From assembly GCA_965237955.1 (NCBI GenBank), contig OZ250169.1:448001-512000 (forward strand): DNA of 64,000 bases, read 5' to 3'. The notes under the pieces are model-generated. The model searched no databases. It worked only from the letters and a program-made list of their open reading frames with translations, and was not told the origin of the DNA. The translations under genes and the position numbers were made by a program. This document shows positions 19,239 through 30,814 of the stretch, piece by piece (position 1 is the first letter of the stretch; each line of letters starts with the position of its first letter). The DNA is from Candidatus Marinacidobacterales bacterium. GTDB taxonomy: Bacteria > Acidobacteriota > Vicinamibacteria > Marinacidobacterales > SMYC01.

Positions 19239-22200
19239 TCAGTCCTCTCGGTGTTCTTCTTCGGAGTCCAGTTCGGCAATGCCGAGCCAGCCGTGGTCGA
19301 AGGTGAAGGTGCGAGCGTTGCCGGCCGGATCCTGGATGCGGACGATACGAGCACTATCCGTACCCGCCCACTCGACCACATAGAGCCAGTACGCATCGCC
19401 TTGCTCACGGGCACAATCGAACTGCGTTCGGGACAGTCCGACTGGACGGTCGGTGAGGCTACCGGTCATTGCCTTGACTTCACACCACCGCGCCGGCAAC
19501 TCATCCGGCCCCGTCTCGTAGAGATCGAAGCCTGGGTTGTGCGTCGGGGTTCGTTGCCACCCTGTCTCGAGCGACAGGATGAACTCGATGGCCTTCGCTT
19601 CGAGCGCCATACGCGCGGCCTGCTCGAGGCCATCGGGGTCAGAGTCATCGCCATCGGGATGCGTTCCCACGTATGAAATAAACGGCCGACTGGCGGCGCT
19701 TCCCGACGTGCGGCTGCCGGCGGCTTGTCCGGCTCCTTTGGTCTGGCTGCTGCCGAGTCCGCTTTGGCTAGCACCCGTTCCCGCCGACGTGTGCCTACCA
19801 GTTGGCGAAATGCCGATTCCCTTACCGCTGCGCTCGCCGACGCCTGCTGGCGTAGGGTCAGCTCCGGCGGAATATGGAACAGAGGGTGTCGGCGGCGGTG
19901 TGTCGCCGAGCAGGCTCTTCAACGCGTCCTCGACATCGCCTGGATTGGCCCCATTATGGGGTGTAGGTTCCTCCTGCACACCGAGTCGCTCGCGCAGGTC
20001 AGCTTCGCTGGTGACGCCGAGCTTCTTGAGGAGGTTCAACACCCCCGGCTCGATCCCCACCTCCTTGGCGAGTTGGTCGATGATCGGTGGCTTGAAGCGA
20101 ATCTTGGAGAAGAGGAACGGGTTCGGCTTCCAACCGAGCGTGTCGAAAACGACTAGCTCCGGGGCGAGCAGGTTGCCATCTGCATCGGGGACCCATTTCC
20201 TTTCGTGGAGCTGTTTGACGAAGGCGGCGTCGAACGTGGCCGTTTTCGTCTCATGCGAATAGCCCCATGTGTACTCGCCTACGAACGTTCGGGGGCCTCG
20301 ACGGCTCTCGACATCCGCGAGGGCCTCCCAAAGCAGAGCCGACCTTTGTCGTCGTTCAGCCGGTCCGACGCTCGGCAGCAGGCTCAACAGCGCATCCAGC
20401 CCACGAAGTGTCTTGTCGTCGCTTGTCCACTCCCGCGTGGATCGCTCGAGGCCTTGGTTCCTCCGGATCTCGAACCGTTGCTCCCGTGACAGATAGCACT
20501 TGACGGGAACCGGTTGCAGAGACCGCGCGGTACCGCAGGCTTCGAGTAGCTTGCGGATGTCTTCGCTCCGCAGGCATGCGTAGGCATCGTTGACAAGAAG
20601 CACACCATCAACGCCGACAAACAGCTCCTTGAGGCGTTCCGTTGCCAGATAGACCTCGCCCGGCTTCGAGACCGATTTGGATCCATCGCCCGCATCAACG
20701 GCCATCACGAACTTGGACTTTTTCAGCGCTTCGAGCAGCTTCTCTCGCTTCCCCTTCGAATCCGTGCCAGACGCATTCAGGATTCGACGGATATCCGCTT
20801 CGTAGTCTGCATCGCTCCCGTCGACCTCGTCCTGCCGGTACTTCGGGAGAACGTTTCGGACGACGTCATCCACCGGGTCGGACTGCGTCAGCCCCAGGGA
20901 CTGCAGAAACTCGAGCGACGTCTCGCCGACGCACACCGCGGCGCGCACAACCGGGAAGCCCGTCTCGATCGGAGCCGGCAGAAACGCCTGGGGCTGGCCG
21001 TCCGAGAACGGCGGGACGTGCCTGCCGTCCTCGAGCCTGATTAGCGGCAGAACTTCGAACTGTCCTCGCAATCTGTGCTGCCCGTTGAGGAACTCGTAGA
21101 GCTTCCTGATCCAGTCGTCGGATTGCGCCTCAAGAAATCCTTGATCGAGGCGCGGGATGACGGTCTCCGGCGTGAACTCGGGGACGTCCAGCTCCTGCAT
21201 CAGGTAGCGGCGAAGCTCAGGCGTCCGATCCTGCGTGATGTCTTCGCTCAGCCAGACGAGCTGGCCCTCCTCTCCGTAGAGCGCCGCGAGCTGCGTCGGC
21301 GGGAACAGCTCGCGCAGTTCCTGCGTGCGTCCGAGACGTGCGCAAGCGGCCGCCACATGTCCGGCGTCGAAACGGGGCAGCAGACACTCTGACGAGAGCG
21401 CTGACTTCGTGGCATCGTAGAGCGGCGCGAACATGCTGGATTCGTCGAACTTCGCCGGATCGAGCGGCAGGCACCGCAGCCCCGCTGTGTCGAGGAGATT
21501 GTTGTCCCGCAGCCAGTAGAGAGCTTCCCCAAGAAGCGAAGCGGTCTGGCGTACGAGGTGCTAATTCCATGTGTCGTTGCGCGGCACGTTGTCACGGCTC
21601 GGGGTCGTCCGGTAGGGGCCCTGAACAAGGAAGCCGAGGTGCGTCTCCACTACTGTCGGGAAAAACACGACGAGCAGGGAACGTTCGACGCGTCGAAAGC
21701 GCTCTCGCTGGGAGTTTCTGTCTCTCGCGAGTGAGAACGCGAGTTCGACATGCCCCGCGGGCTCCCCGTCCTTCGCGGTCACGGATTGCGAGATGACCAG
21801 CCACTCTTCATCAAAGTCCGGTTGATCTTGTTCCTGACCAATCACGGTCACGCGCCGAACGCCAGCCTCGATCTCTTTTGATTCTCGGAGGTACAGCCCC
21901 GACCGACCGCCCTCAACGCTCCAGCGAATTTCCTCGATCTGGCGCAGAAACAGCAGCGCCGAGGCGCCGAGCCTGCCGAGTCCGCGAACGATCTCGTCAT
22001 GCCCGGATTCGAAGGGAATGGCGATGACGGTCTCGTCTGGGTCGCGCTCGACCTCCGACGTGGCGACCGGCAAGACGAATTTCTCGATGGCGAAGGCTTC
22101 CGTGCCGGAGTGGACCTCGGGCCGGTCCGTGAAGGCGTAGACCGACTTGAAGCCGATCCCGAACCGCCCTATCGCGGTCAAATCCTTCGTGCTCTCCGCG

Positions 22201-22472
22201 ATACCGCAGATGCCACGGACATCCAGTTCATCGAACGGCAGACCGAAATGGCTGACACGCAATGCCTTCCCGGTTAGATGAAAGGTCACGGCGCGCGAGC
22301 CCTGCCAGTCGTCGCGACGAGCCAGCGCGTCCTCCGCGTTCTGCAGGAGCTCGAAGATGAAGTGCGTGCGGTCGTCGTAGCGGTTGGCCAGCAGCATCGG
22401 CCCGATGCGGCCAATGTCGGTCCCGTACCGTCCCTCGTTGTCGCCGCGAATGGCTTGGTAGTCGCAGGCCAT
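19239..22472 (-). pseudogene. Sacsin-like GHKL ATPase with C-terminal DUF3883 nuclease-like domain; single in-frame TAG at 21561-21563
   Basis: FIFELLQNAEDA, IGRFGIGFKSVY, NPGFDL...CEVK...SRTQ; ORFs 21561-22532 and 19239-21434 share a frame; AAAGGAGG RBS before ATG 22472. Confidence 0.85.
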
Positions 22473-22647
22473 CAGCCACGTGCCTCCTTTGAAATGATGC
22501 CCTCGGTATGGCACAACATTTTCGAGTCGCACTCTTTACAGATCGCCGCTTCGGGCGGCGTGGCAACTGCAAACTTGCGCCCTTGGATAAGGCGCACTCC
22601 GCCCCTCGTTGATCCGTGCTCGCCAGTCAAGCCAGCCGCAGGGCTCC

Positions 22648-24720
22648 TCATGCCCGAAGGTCATCGAGGAACTCCGATGCCGGGGCAACGCTCGTGACGA
22701 GCAGATGATCCCTGGCCCGCGTGCAGGCAACGTAGAGCAAATGACGCTCCGTGTCATACACCTCTTGCAGATCGGCGTCGTCGCCCACCGTTTCGATCCG
22801 TTTCTGCAAGGGGATGATTTCATCATCGCAGGCCATCACGACGACGGCGCGAAACTCCAGGCCCTTCGCTAGGTGCATGGTGCTGATGCAGACGTAACCA
22901 CTGGTGGTTTCGACATTCTCGTCCAAAATCTTGAACGGGAATCCAGAAAGCTGCACAGCCGAACGCACACGGTCCAGTTCTGCGGCGGATCGCACGAAGA
23001 CACCACACTCGTGGGGTGCGACACCGTCCTTCGCACGTCCTGAGACCCACTGGCCAACGTGTTCAACTTCTTCTTCCTGGCTGCTCAGAACTCGAATCTC
23101 CGGCACCGGCCCATTGAAGACGGAGACGGTGTGGCGTCGCTCCTCCCTGTTGCCATCGGCATCGGACACCTCGGGACCGAGCAGTCGGTCCGCCTGCGCC
23201 CGGATCTGATGTGACGTACGGTAATTGACCCGCAGCGTCTTCGACCGTCCCCGAATATCCACGCCCAAGGCCAGCCACGAGAACGGCTGCTGGAAGATGC
23301 GCTGGCCGAGGTCGCCAGCGAAGAAGAGCGCGTCAGGCCGATGCCGGCCGAGCCCCGCGAAGAACCGGAGATGGGCCACGCCGATATCTTGCGACTCATC
23401 GACCACGGCGAAGTCAAACGGCGGGTTCCTACTTTCCGCAACGGCTGCCGCCAGCTTCGTGAACATCGCTGAGCGCGTGATCATGTGCCGTGCCGCGAGG
23501 CCCACGCGAACCTGCTCGAACATCGACCAGAGGATCGCCCGCTGGGCTTCTGGGAGCCGTGTTTTTCTGCCGAGGCGCGCGACATCTCTATACACCTCCC
23601 AGGTGTCCAACTGCCACGCATCAACGACCTGCTCCCACTCGCTCAGCAAGAATCGCTCACTGAACTTGTGGTTCTCTCCACGTTCGCTGGCGGCCAGCAA
23701 CAACTCGTGAATGACCTCTGGAGGCGCCAGAGTGATCTGCCCGAAGTGGGACTTGTATAGGCGCTCTCCGGTAGCGTTGATCGAATGGACTTCCAGTCGC
23801 TCCGCCAGGCGCGGTTCGTTGCTGATGAGTCGCCTGAGTTGCGTGCGGAGGGCATTCGCCAGCATGTGCGAGAACGTCGTCAGTAAAACGCGCGCATTCT
23901 GGTTGGCGCGGGCCAGGAAGACGGCGCGATGCAGCGCCACCATCGTCTTCCCCGTGCCGGCGGAGCCAGAAACCCTTGCGGGCCCTGTGTAGCGCCGTTC
24001 AACCAGCTGCCGCTGCTCGGGATGGAGGAACACCGACCACTTGTCCCACGGGAACTCCAGAGCGCGCTGAAGTTCCTCGACGTTGCTCATCACGCGGAAT
24101 CGGCGTTGCGCGTCGGGATGATCAAACGGATTCATAACCGGTGCGACCGGCTGAAGCGGAAGTGGCCTGCCGCCAGTAGCCAGCTCCAAGAGCGCCTCGG
24201 CGGCCTCGCCCGGTAGTCGGTCGGCCAGCGAGAGGAGACTGTCCTCATCGACTTGGCGCACGTCTGGCAACCACTCCGGCGGCACGCCGTAGGTCAGCAA
24301 GTCGTCATCGGACATGTCCGCAAACAGCGGTAGCTTGGCTGTCGCTGGCTTCGGAGCCTCCACATACGTCGGGATGAGGATCTCTTGAACATTTTCCCGA
24401 ATCTCCACGAGCTGGGCGGCACCCGTTTTGGGGTGCGTCTCCAGTCGGCGCCGTTCCGCCCAGTCATACGCCTTGTCGTGATGGCCGACATAGCAGAGCA
24501 GGAGGCTCGTCTCACTCTTGTGCACGATCAGCCGGATGTCGCCACTAACCCGCACCGACCAGAAGTTCTTGTCCCTGGCCTTGTTGAGCTTGTGGAAGCT
24601 CATGCCGGGATTGGCGGGGTTGAGCTGCAAGTCGAACGCCGTTGTCTTGATGGCCTTTTGCTCCTTGCTCGTTAATCTGGCGAGACTATCTGTGAAGGTG
24701 TCGGCGATGCGGAAGTCCAT
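22648..24720 (-). CDS. UvrD-like SF1 helicase with N-terminal RelE/ParE-like domain
   Basis: GSAGTGKT, VVDESQD, NYRT, HLAKGLEF, LLYVACTRAR; N-terminal WSVRVSGDIRLIV...YVGHHDKAY resembles the RelE fold. Confidence 0.88.
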   Translation of the reverse strand: MDFRIADTFTDSLARLTSKEQKAIKTTAFDLQLNPANPGMSFHKLNKARDKNFWSVRVSGDIRLIVHKSETSLLLCYVGHHDKAYDWAERRRLETHPKTGAAQLVEIRENVQEILIPTYVEAPKPATAKLPLFADMSDDDLLTYGVPPEWLPDVRQVDEDSLLSLADRLPGEAAEALLELATGGRPLPLQPVAPVMNPFDHPDAQRRFRVMSNVEELQRALEFPWDKWSVFLHPEQRQLVERRYTGPARVSGSAGTGKTMVALHRAVFLARANQNARVLLTTFSHMLANALRTQLRRLISNEPRLAERLEVHSINATGERLYKSHFGQITLAPPEVIHELLLAASERGENHKFSERFLLSEWEQVVDAWQLDTWEVYRDVARLGRKTRLPEAQRAILWSMFEQVRVGLAARHMITRSAMFTKLAAAVAESRNPPFDFAVVDESQDIGVAHLRFFAGLGRHRPDALFFAGDLGQRIFQQPFSWLALGVDIRGRSKTLRVNYRTSHQIRAQADRLLGPEVSDADGNREERRHTVSVFNGPVPEIRVLSSQEEEVEHVGQWVSGRAKDGVAPHECGVFVRSAAELDRVRSAVQLSGFPFKILDENVETTSGYVCISTMHLAKGLEFRAVVVMACDDEIIPLQKRIETVGDDADLQEVYDTERHLLYVACTRARDHLLVTSVAPASEFLDDLRA

Positions 24721-24727
24721 CGGGCGC

Positions 24728-27568
24728 TTAGACCTTGAACACCTTCATCACTTCATCGCCAAGGTGATTGATCACCTTCACGGCGATCCGCCCGGATTTT
24801 GGTTTTTCGAAGGGCCGGGAGATGTCACTGTGCAGCGTCTCCCAGGCTTCCCGGTTGATTTCGGCTTTGAGAGTAGATTTGAGGGCTTTGTAGGGGTCGT
24901 TGGCGCCGAGAAAGTAAGCGTGTCGGACGAAGAAGCTTTCCTCGTTGTAGTCGGTGTCAATGAACCAGCAGGCGATGCCGTCGGCACCGTCGCTACGGAC
25001 TTCCCCGGTGCTGGGGTCGAAAACATCGACGCCTTTCACCTTCACGCGTAGCTGGCCGTCCGGCTCCAGCAGGGGTTCAATGTCTGGCTCGCCGAAGATG
25101 ACGAAGAGGTTCCCTTTACCGGTATTCTTGAGGTCCTCGGCCATGTGCAGGTCCGCGTTCATGCGAGCTTTGAGCACAGGGATGCGTCCCAGCTTGCTGA
25201 ACTCCGTGGCGTGCGCCTCGTAGTTGAAGGCACAGGCGATCAGCACATCGAAGTCAGCATCGCCGGCTTCACGGGCAGCCGCGACGAGATCGGCGCGCTG
25301 GACGGTGCCGAACTCGGGGCCGATGAAGATGGCAGCCCGCTTCTCGGTCGTGCCCTCCAGATATCGGCCCTCGGCGCAGACCAGTTCTCCCGGCCACGGA
25401 ATCAGAGTGGTGAAGGTGATCCGGTCGTCCTTGTGTGCCTGCTGCACGCCGGCAGTCTTCAAGTTCTCCAGAGTCATCAGAGGAAAGGACTGCTTGGTGC
25501 CGATTGTGGGACTGTCCTCCCTGAAAGTGTCGATCAACTCATCATTCTCGTCCACGCCGAGGACACGGTGGGGGCTCAGGCTCTCGACCGTGAAAGGGCC
25601 AGCCACACGGACGGTCTTCTTGTTCTCGTAGGGCCTGTCGTAGAGATATTCAAACTCGGCCTTGGCGGCGATGGAGGCGTCGATCTCTTTCTGCCGGGCG
25701 ATGCGGGCTTGCCACCAGTCGGCGTGCAGCTTCTTCGTCGCGTCTGGCCAGTTGGCATCGGCCGCACGCGGAATCTCCCACTCTTGCCAGGTCTTCTTGA
25801 GCGCGGCGTTCAGCTTAGACCGCAGCGACTCCAGCGTCTCCTGCCATCGCTCCCATATGACGTCAATCTCGGCGTTGTTGGCAACTACCGAGGAGGTTAT
25901 GTGCGGTCGGCGCCGATAAACGAAACCCTGGCGAACATCGCTATGAGTGGGCGATTCAGATGGCGCCTTGCGAGTGATCTCAGCCTCTTTTTGCTGTCCC
26001 TCCGGACTGTCGGCAAGCAGGTAGTACGGGTAGCGTGCGCCCATGATCCGGGCGCGGGCGAGCGCCAGTGCGACTCGCGAGGTATCGATGGTGATCCAGC
26101 GGCGACCCCACTGTTCGGCGACGTAGGCGGTGGTGCCAGAACCGCAAGTCGGGTCGAGAACGAGGTCGCCGGGGTCGGATGCAAGTAGTAGACACCGTTC
26201 CACAACACGTTCATTGGTTTGCACGACGTAGACTTGATCTGGCGCGCCACCGAAACCATCCCACCAGTTCGATATTGGTTGCATTCCAAAGTCAGAGTAG
26301 TATCGGACAATTCGAATTTGCTCGCTGCCGACATAAATCCGACTTGCGAAATCCAATCTCCGCATCCCGGAGTATTCGTCAACGGCATCAATCGCGATAT
26401 GCTTCCAACAGTTTCCTCTGCTTAGTCCAGGATCAAAGTCACGACCACGAAAAGTGAACATGACGCTCTGATTCTTGCGAACCCCGCCAGAGGTAGAGTT
26501 TTCGGACGTAAACAACTTGTGCCCGCGTTCGCGCTCAAGGATCAGTGGCCTCACCTTCAGTAAACTACCAAACTCATCGCCCTTTGCTATCTCAGAAATT
26601 GATGTGTCCTCGCCCGAGGAAAGACGCACCATTCGGAAATCTCTAGCGATTTCCGACTCGTCCAAGAACTCCTCGAACAATTGTCGTGTTTTTGCCTTAG
26701 TTTTGTCCTGAAAGTGCCAAACGATGTAGTCGTTTACTGCTTCTGGGAACTGACCTTTTTGGCTGCCCTTCTTCTTGATTAGAAGAAGATCGCCAGCGTT
26801 CTCCTCTCCAAACACCTCATCCATCAACGCCCGGACGCGATGGACATTCTCATCCCCAATCTGCACGAAGATCGAGCCGCTCTCCGTCAGCAGGTCCCGC
26901 GCCACCGTCAGCCGATCGCGCAGGTACGTCAGATATGAGTGGATGCCGTCGCGCCAGGTGTCGCGGAAGGCTTTGACCTGCTCGGGTTCGCGGGTGATGT
27001 GATCGGTCTTGCCATCCTTGACGTCGCGGCTGGTCGTGGACCACTGGAAATTGGAGTTGAACTTGATGCCGTACGGTGGGTCTAGGTAGATGCACTGCAC
27101 CTTGCCGCGTAAGCCTTCGCGCTCGGCCAGACTGGCCATGACCTGGAGGGAGTCGCCAAGGATCATGCGATTGGACCAGTTCTGGTCGTGCTGATAGAAC
27201 TCAGTCCTATCCACGCCCTCGGGGATGCCGTTGAAGTCGGCGAAGAGGTTGCTCTGTGCTCCAGGGGCCGCCGCTTGTGCTTGTTTCGTCTGCCGAAGGA
27301 GATCGTCGACCAACACCTTCGGATGAACCTTTTCCTGAATGTAGAGCGGCGGGGCGTAGACAACTAGATCGCTCCAGTCCTGCTCATCCTTCCCACGCCA
27401 GATGAGCTGGGGGTCGAGATCGGTGTTCCGTGGATACTTCACCGGCCGTGACTTGGCATCGTCTGGTCGGAGCACGGACTGATGCTCGGCAGAAGGGATG
27501 TTCTTCCGCTTGGTCTCGTCGTGCGTGATCGTTTCTACGGTCTTGCGAGTGCTGCGCCTCTTGGCCAT
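24728..27568 (-). CDS. mod: Type III-like RM DNA methyltransferase, system 1
   Basis: IYLDPPYG before DPTCGSGTT (beta-class order), with a lower-GC variable region between them. Confidence 0.92.
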   Translation of the reverse strand: MAKRRSTRKTVETITHDETKRKNIPSAEHQSVLRPDDAKSRPVKYPRNTDLDPQLIWRGKDEQDWSDLVVYAPPLYIQEKVHPKVLVDDLLRQTKQAQAAAPGAQSNLFADFNGIPEGVDRTEFYQHDQNWSNRMILGDSLQVMASLAEREGLRGKVQCIYLDPPYGIKFNSNFQWSTTSRDVKDGKTDHITREPEQVKAFRDTWRDGIHSYLTYLRDRLTVARDLLTESGSIFVQIGDENVHRVRALMDEVFGEENAGDLLLIKKKGSQKGQFPEAVNDYIVWHFQDKTKAKTRQLFEEFLDESEIARDFRMVRLSSGEDTSISEIAKGDEFGSLLKVRPLILERERGHKLFTSENSTSGGVRKNQSVMFTFRGRDFDPGLSRGNCWKHIAIDAVDEYSGMRRLDFASRIYVGSEQIRIVRYYSDFGMQPISNWWDGFGGAPDQVYVVQTNERVVERCLLLASDPGDLVLDPTCGSGTTAYVAEQWGRRWITIDTSRVALALARARIMGARYPYYLLADSPEGQQKEAEITRKAPSESPTHSDVRQGFVYRRRPHITSSVVANNAEIDVIWERWQETLESLRSKLNAALKKTWQEWEIPRAADANWPDATKKLHADWWQARIARQKEIDASIAAKAEFEYLYDRPYENKKTVRVAGPFTVESLSPHRVLGVDENDELIDTFREDSPTIGTKQSFPLMTLENLKTAGVQQAHKDDRITFTTLIPWPGELVCAEGRYLEGTTEKRAAIFIGPEFGTVQRADLVAAAREAGDADFDVLIACAFNYEAHATEFSKLGRIPVLKARMNADLHMAEDLKNTGKGNLFVIFGEPDIEPLLEPDGQLRVKVKGVDVFDPSTGEVRSDGADGIACWFIDTDYNEESFFVRHAYFLGANDPYKALKSTLKAEINREAWETLHSDISRPFEKPKSGRIAVKVINHLGDEVMKVFKV

Positions 27569-27570
27569 AG

Positions 27571-30500
27571 CTAGCTGCCCTCAGTCATCGGACGTGCCGT
27601 CGCGGTGGCGATCATCTTGTCGAACTCGCCTCCGACCTTCGCCGCGAAGTCGGTTTCGATCTCGTAGACCTCAGTGAACTCGGCGAACGCCCAGCGTCCA
27701 TACGTCTTGAGGTTATTCACGCCGGGCACCCAGTAGGTATCCATCGTGGATTTCTTTTCCTTCGCGTCCTCGCGCCGGTAGCCCTTGATCTCGACGACCA
27801 AGTGCAGCAGATCGTCGGGGCCGTGGCCGTCGTCCACCAAGACGACGAAGTCGGGCAGATACTTCCGAACCTCGGAGCCATAACGATACGGCACTTCGAA
27901 GCCCAGGTTGTGGTTCTTCGTGTAGGCTACGACCTTCGGATGCGACTCGGCGACGCGGCAGAACTCAGCTTCCCAGTCGCTGTCAAGCACCACCCAGTTG
28001 ACATGGTTCTTGGGCGGTGGACCACTGGTGTCCCAGCGGTCCGCTCGGGACGTGTTGAATCTGACGTGGGCCGTGGAGCCGGTGGGATTGTAGGGGTCGA
28101 GCAAGGCTTTGATGGGGCGGTGGTCTTCCAGCGCGTTGGTGATGCCGGCGGTGATGCGGTTGCACGCCATGTCAGCCAGCTCCTGATACATCAGCTGGGC
28201 GGGATAAGTGCCGCCCTTGCAAACGAGACAGGTGTCGAGCCACTGCTTCGTGATGCGTTTGAGCTGACCGAACAGATAGAGCTTCGGCTCTTCCCCCGGG
28301 TCGCGCCATTTCGTGTAGAGCAGGCGCTGGGTGACGTGGAAGAGCAGCGTGGACGGCCGCATGTCGCCTAGATGCACCAAGTTCAGGTCCACGCTTTCGC
28401 CGATGATTCCCGAATCCTGTGTGATGGACGGGCCAACCAGATCGGGGCTGAGTTCGAGAATGGAATCGACGTTGAAGGTGGCCGTGAGGCGCTCCTCGGG
28501 CAGTTCGACGCGGTAGCCTTCGACACGAGGGAACTGGATTTCGAGGCCGTCTCGCTCCAGGCGCATGGCTTTGACTTGAACCGTCTCACGCGGCGGCTGC
28601 GGAGGCGCGATAACGGGCTTGGCCGTGAAGTCGAAGGGAACGCCGAAAATGTCTGCGTACTCGACGTTGAAGAGACTTTCGTCATTGAGGTCGTAGGATT
28701 GGCGGCGCAGCGCGCGTCCGATGACCTGTTCGCAGAGGAGCTGGGTGCCAAAAGCGCGAATTCCGAGGACATGGGTGACGGTGTTCGCATCCCAGCCTTC
28801 CGTCAGCATCGACACGGAGACGACACAGCGGATGGAGCCGCCGAGTTGGCCGTGCTTGCCCACGGTGTTCATGACCTCACGCAGCAACTCCTGATCGCTG
28901 ATGTTGTCCCCTGCACGGGCATCCCCGGTGCGCTCGATGATCTCGCGGCGGAAGCGTGCAATCTCATCGGCGGCCATGCCGCGAAACTTGTCATCGAGAG
29001 CATCACCAGCTTCCAGCTGCTCACTGTCGATCAGCAATGTGTTCGGACGCGCGAGCGGATTCCCCGTGGTTTCGTCGAAATTGCGGAAGAGGGCCAGGCG
29101 ACCGTTTTCGAGTGTGGTGGTCCCATCTTCGTTCTTCCGGTGAAAGCCGGAAACGAAGTCATAGACCAGCTTCGAGATCGAGGTGTTCTGGCAGACGATG
29201 ATGAAGCAGGGTGGCACACGAATGCCCCCTGCCTCCCACAGCGTGAAGGTCTTCTCGTAGTGCCCGTAGAGCGCCGCAAGCGCGGTTTGCAGTCGGGTGG
29301 GCAGTTTAAGTGGATCAAGCTCTCCGCCCTGGCCGCGCCCCTTCTTGGGCATCTTCTTGCGGATGTTTTCCCAGAGGTTGCGGTACACCGGCATCTCGTC
29401 ACCGGGAATGTTTTCCGCGACCGGGACGCGGGGCAGTTTAACGATGCCGCACTCGATGGCGTCCATCAGCGAGAAGTCGCTCATCGTCCACGGGAAGAGC
29501 GTGCCCTCGGCATAGCCGGACCCACGCAGGAAGAAGGGCGTGGCGGATAGGTCGATCACACGGGAGAGGCCGAGCTTACGACTCACGGCTTCGAGACCCG
29601 AGATCCAGAGGCGAGCCGCTTCATTGTTCTTTTCTGCCTCTTTTCTGTCATCGCCCCTCAGATGCTCATCGTCCGGCTCCGGTGGCTTCTCGCGGTAGCA
29701 ATGGTGCGCCTCGTCGTTGAGCACGAGGATGTTCTTGATGCCCATCAGATCAGGCATGACACGCTGGAGCATCTGCCCTTCGGTTTCGGTGGTGTTCAGC
29801 TCGTCGCCGGTGCGGCCCTTGAGCAACGCGCGTCCGCCGGCAGACAGCTCGATGCGCTCGCGTAACTTGAAGGCGTGGTAATTGATGATAACGATCTTGG
29901 CGCGGTTCACGTCATCGAGCAGGTCGTGCGGCACGAGTTCGCGGCTGGCGTAGTAACTGTCTGGGTCGTTCGGCTGGAGGACGCGGAGCCGATCCTTGAT
30001 GGTCAGGCCTGGGGCGACGACTAAGAAGCCTCGGGTGAAGGACTTGCTGCCGGGGCGGCGCACCGCATTGATGGTCTGCCACGCGATCAGCATGGCCATG
30101 ACAGTTGTCTTGCCGGCCCCGGTGGCCAGCTTCAGCGCGAAGCGCATCAGTTCGGGATTGGCGTCCTTGTTGGCTCTGGCCAAGTGGTTGAGCAACCGTT
30201 TACCGCCCTTGGATTGTGGCGCGACCTCGGTCAGCCAAATCGCGGTTTCGACGGCTTCCACCTGACAGAAGAACGGGCGGATGCTGCCGAACGGGTGGTG
30301 CCGCCAGTGCTGGAGCAGGCGCGCGGTTTCCGGGCTGACCTGCCACTGGTTGGGGTTGGGCCAGGCCCGCCATATATCCACGTTCTGACGCACTTCATTG
30401 ATGATGGAGGTCGGATCGTATTGTTGCTCCTTGGTGGAGAGACCTTTCCCCTCGTCGAACACTATCTCGGCTTGCTGTCGGTCCTTCCGCTTCTTCGGCT

Positions 30501-30645
30501 TTGGGATCGGCGTGATGAACTCGGCGCGTCGACGGCGGTCCAAGACCTGATGCGTCGGCTGTCCCTGGAAGTCCAGCTCCCAGTGCCGCTGTGGGCACTC
30601 GTAGGGTGAATTCAGGATGGGGTGATCGAAGAATGGGTTGGCCAT
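27571..30645 (-). CDS. res: Type III-like restriction helicase-nuclease (BPTD_3080-like), system 1
   Basis: KLATGAGKT, NDEAHH, LSATP, MLTEGWD, C-terminal PDF...VEIKG. Confidence 0.92.
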   Translation of the reverse strand: MANPFFDHPILNSPYECPQRHWELDFQGQPTHQVLDRRRRAEFITPIPKPKKRKDRQQAEIVFDEGKGLSTKEQQYDPTSIINEVRQNVDIWRAWPNPNQWQVSPETARLLQHWRHHPFGSIRPFFCQVEAVETAIWLTEVAPQSKGGKRLLNHLARANKDANPELMRFALKLATGAGKTTVMAMLIAWQTINAVRRPGSKSFTRGFLVVAPGLTIKDRLRVLQPNDPDSYYASRELVPHDLLDDVNRAKIVIINYHAFKLRERIELSAGGRALLKGRTGDELNTTETEGQMLQRVMPDLMGIKNILVLNDEAHHCYREKPPEPDDEHLRGDDRKEAEKNNEAARLWISGLEAVSRKLGLSRVIDLSATPFFLRGSGYAEGTLFPWTMSDFSLMDAIECGIVKLPRVPVAENIPGDEMPVYRNLWENIRKKMPKKGRGQGGELDPLKLPTRLQTALAALYGHYEKTFTLWEAGGIRVPPCFIIVCQNTSISKLVYDFVSGFHRKNEDGTTTLENGRLALFRNFDETTGNPLARPNTLLIDSEQLEAGDALDDKFRGMAADEIARFRREIIERTGDARAGDNISDQELLREVMNTVGKHGQLGGSIRCVVSVSMLTEGWDANTVTHVLGIRAFGTQLLCEQVIGRALRRQSYDLNDESLFNVEYADIFGVPFDFTAKPVIAPPQPPRETVQVKAMRLERDGLEIQFPRVEGYRVELPEERLTATFNVDSILELSPDLVGPSITQDSGIIGESVDLNLVHLGDMRPSTLLFHVTQRLLYTKWRDPGEEPKLYLFGQLKRITKQWLDTCLVCKGGTYPAQLMYQELADMACNRITAGITNALEDHRPIKALLDPYNPTGSTAHVRFNTSRADRWDTSGPPPKNHVNWVVLDSDWEAEFCRVAESHPKVVAYTKNHNLGFEVPYRYGSEVRKYLPDFVVLVDDGHGPDDLLHLVVEIKGYRREDAKEKKSTMDTYWVPGVNNLKTYGRWAFAEFTEVYEIETDFAAKVGGEFDKMIATATARPMTEGS

Positions 30646-30814
30646 TGTCTAACCGATACTCACAGGTTGCCCGGGCAAGAGGTCGATGATGTTGCGGACT
30701 TCATCCACCGCGCGCCACCGGTACCGTCGGTGCCCGATGCCAGGTGTCGCCCATCCGGCCGAGTAGTCATGAGATTAGGGTTCGATTGTTCGCTGAGCGA
30801 TCAGAGGATGCGTC

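Noticed and set aside
21561-21563. Pyrrolysine or amber recoding
   Set aside because: TAG serves as a normal stop in other genes here (e.g. res at 27571, csb1) and no pyl genes are present.
25145-29550. Long antisense ORFs (25145-26188, 28372-29550; likewise 4498-5526, 41615-42433)
   Set aside because: Shadow frames of well-supported genes in GC-rich DNA, with no motifs.
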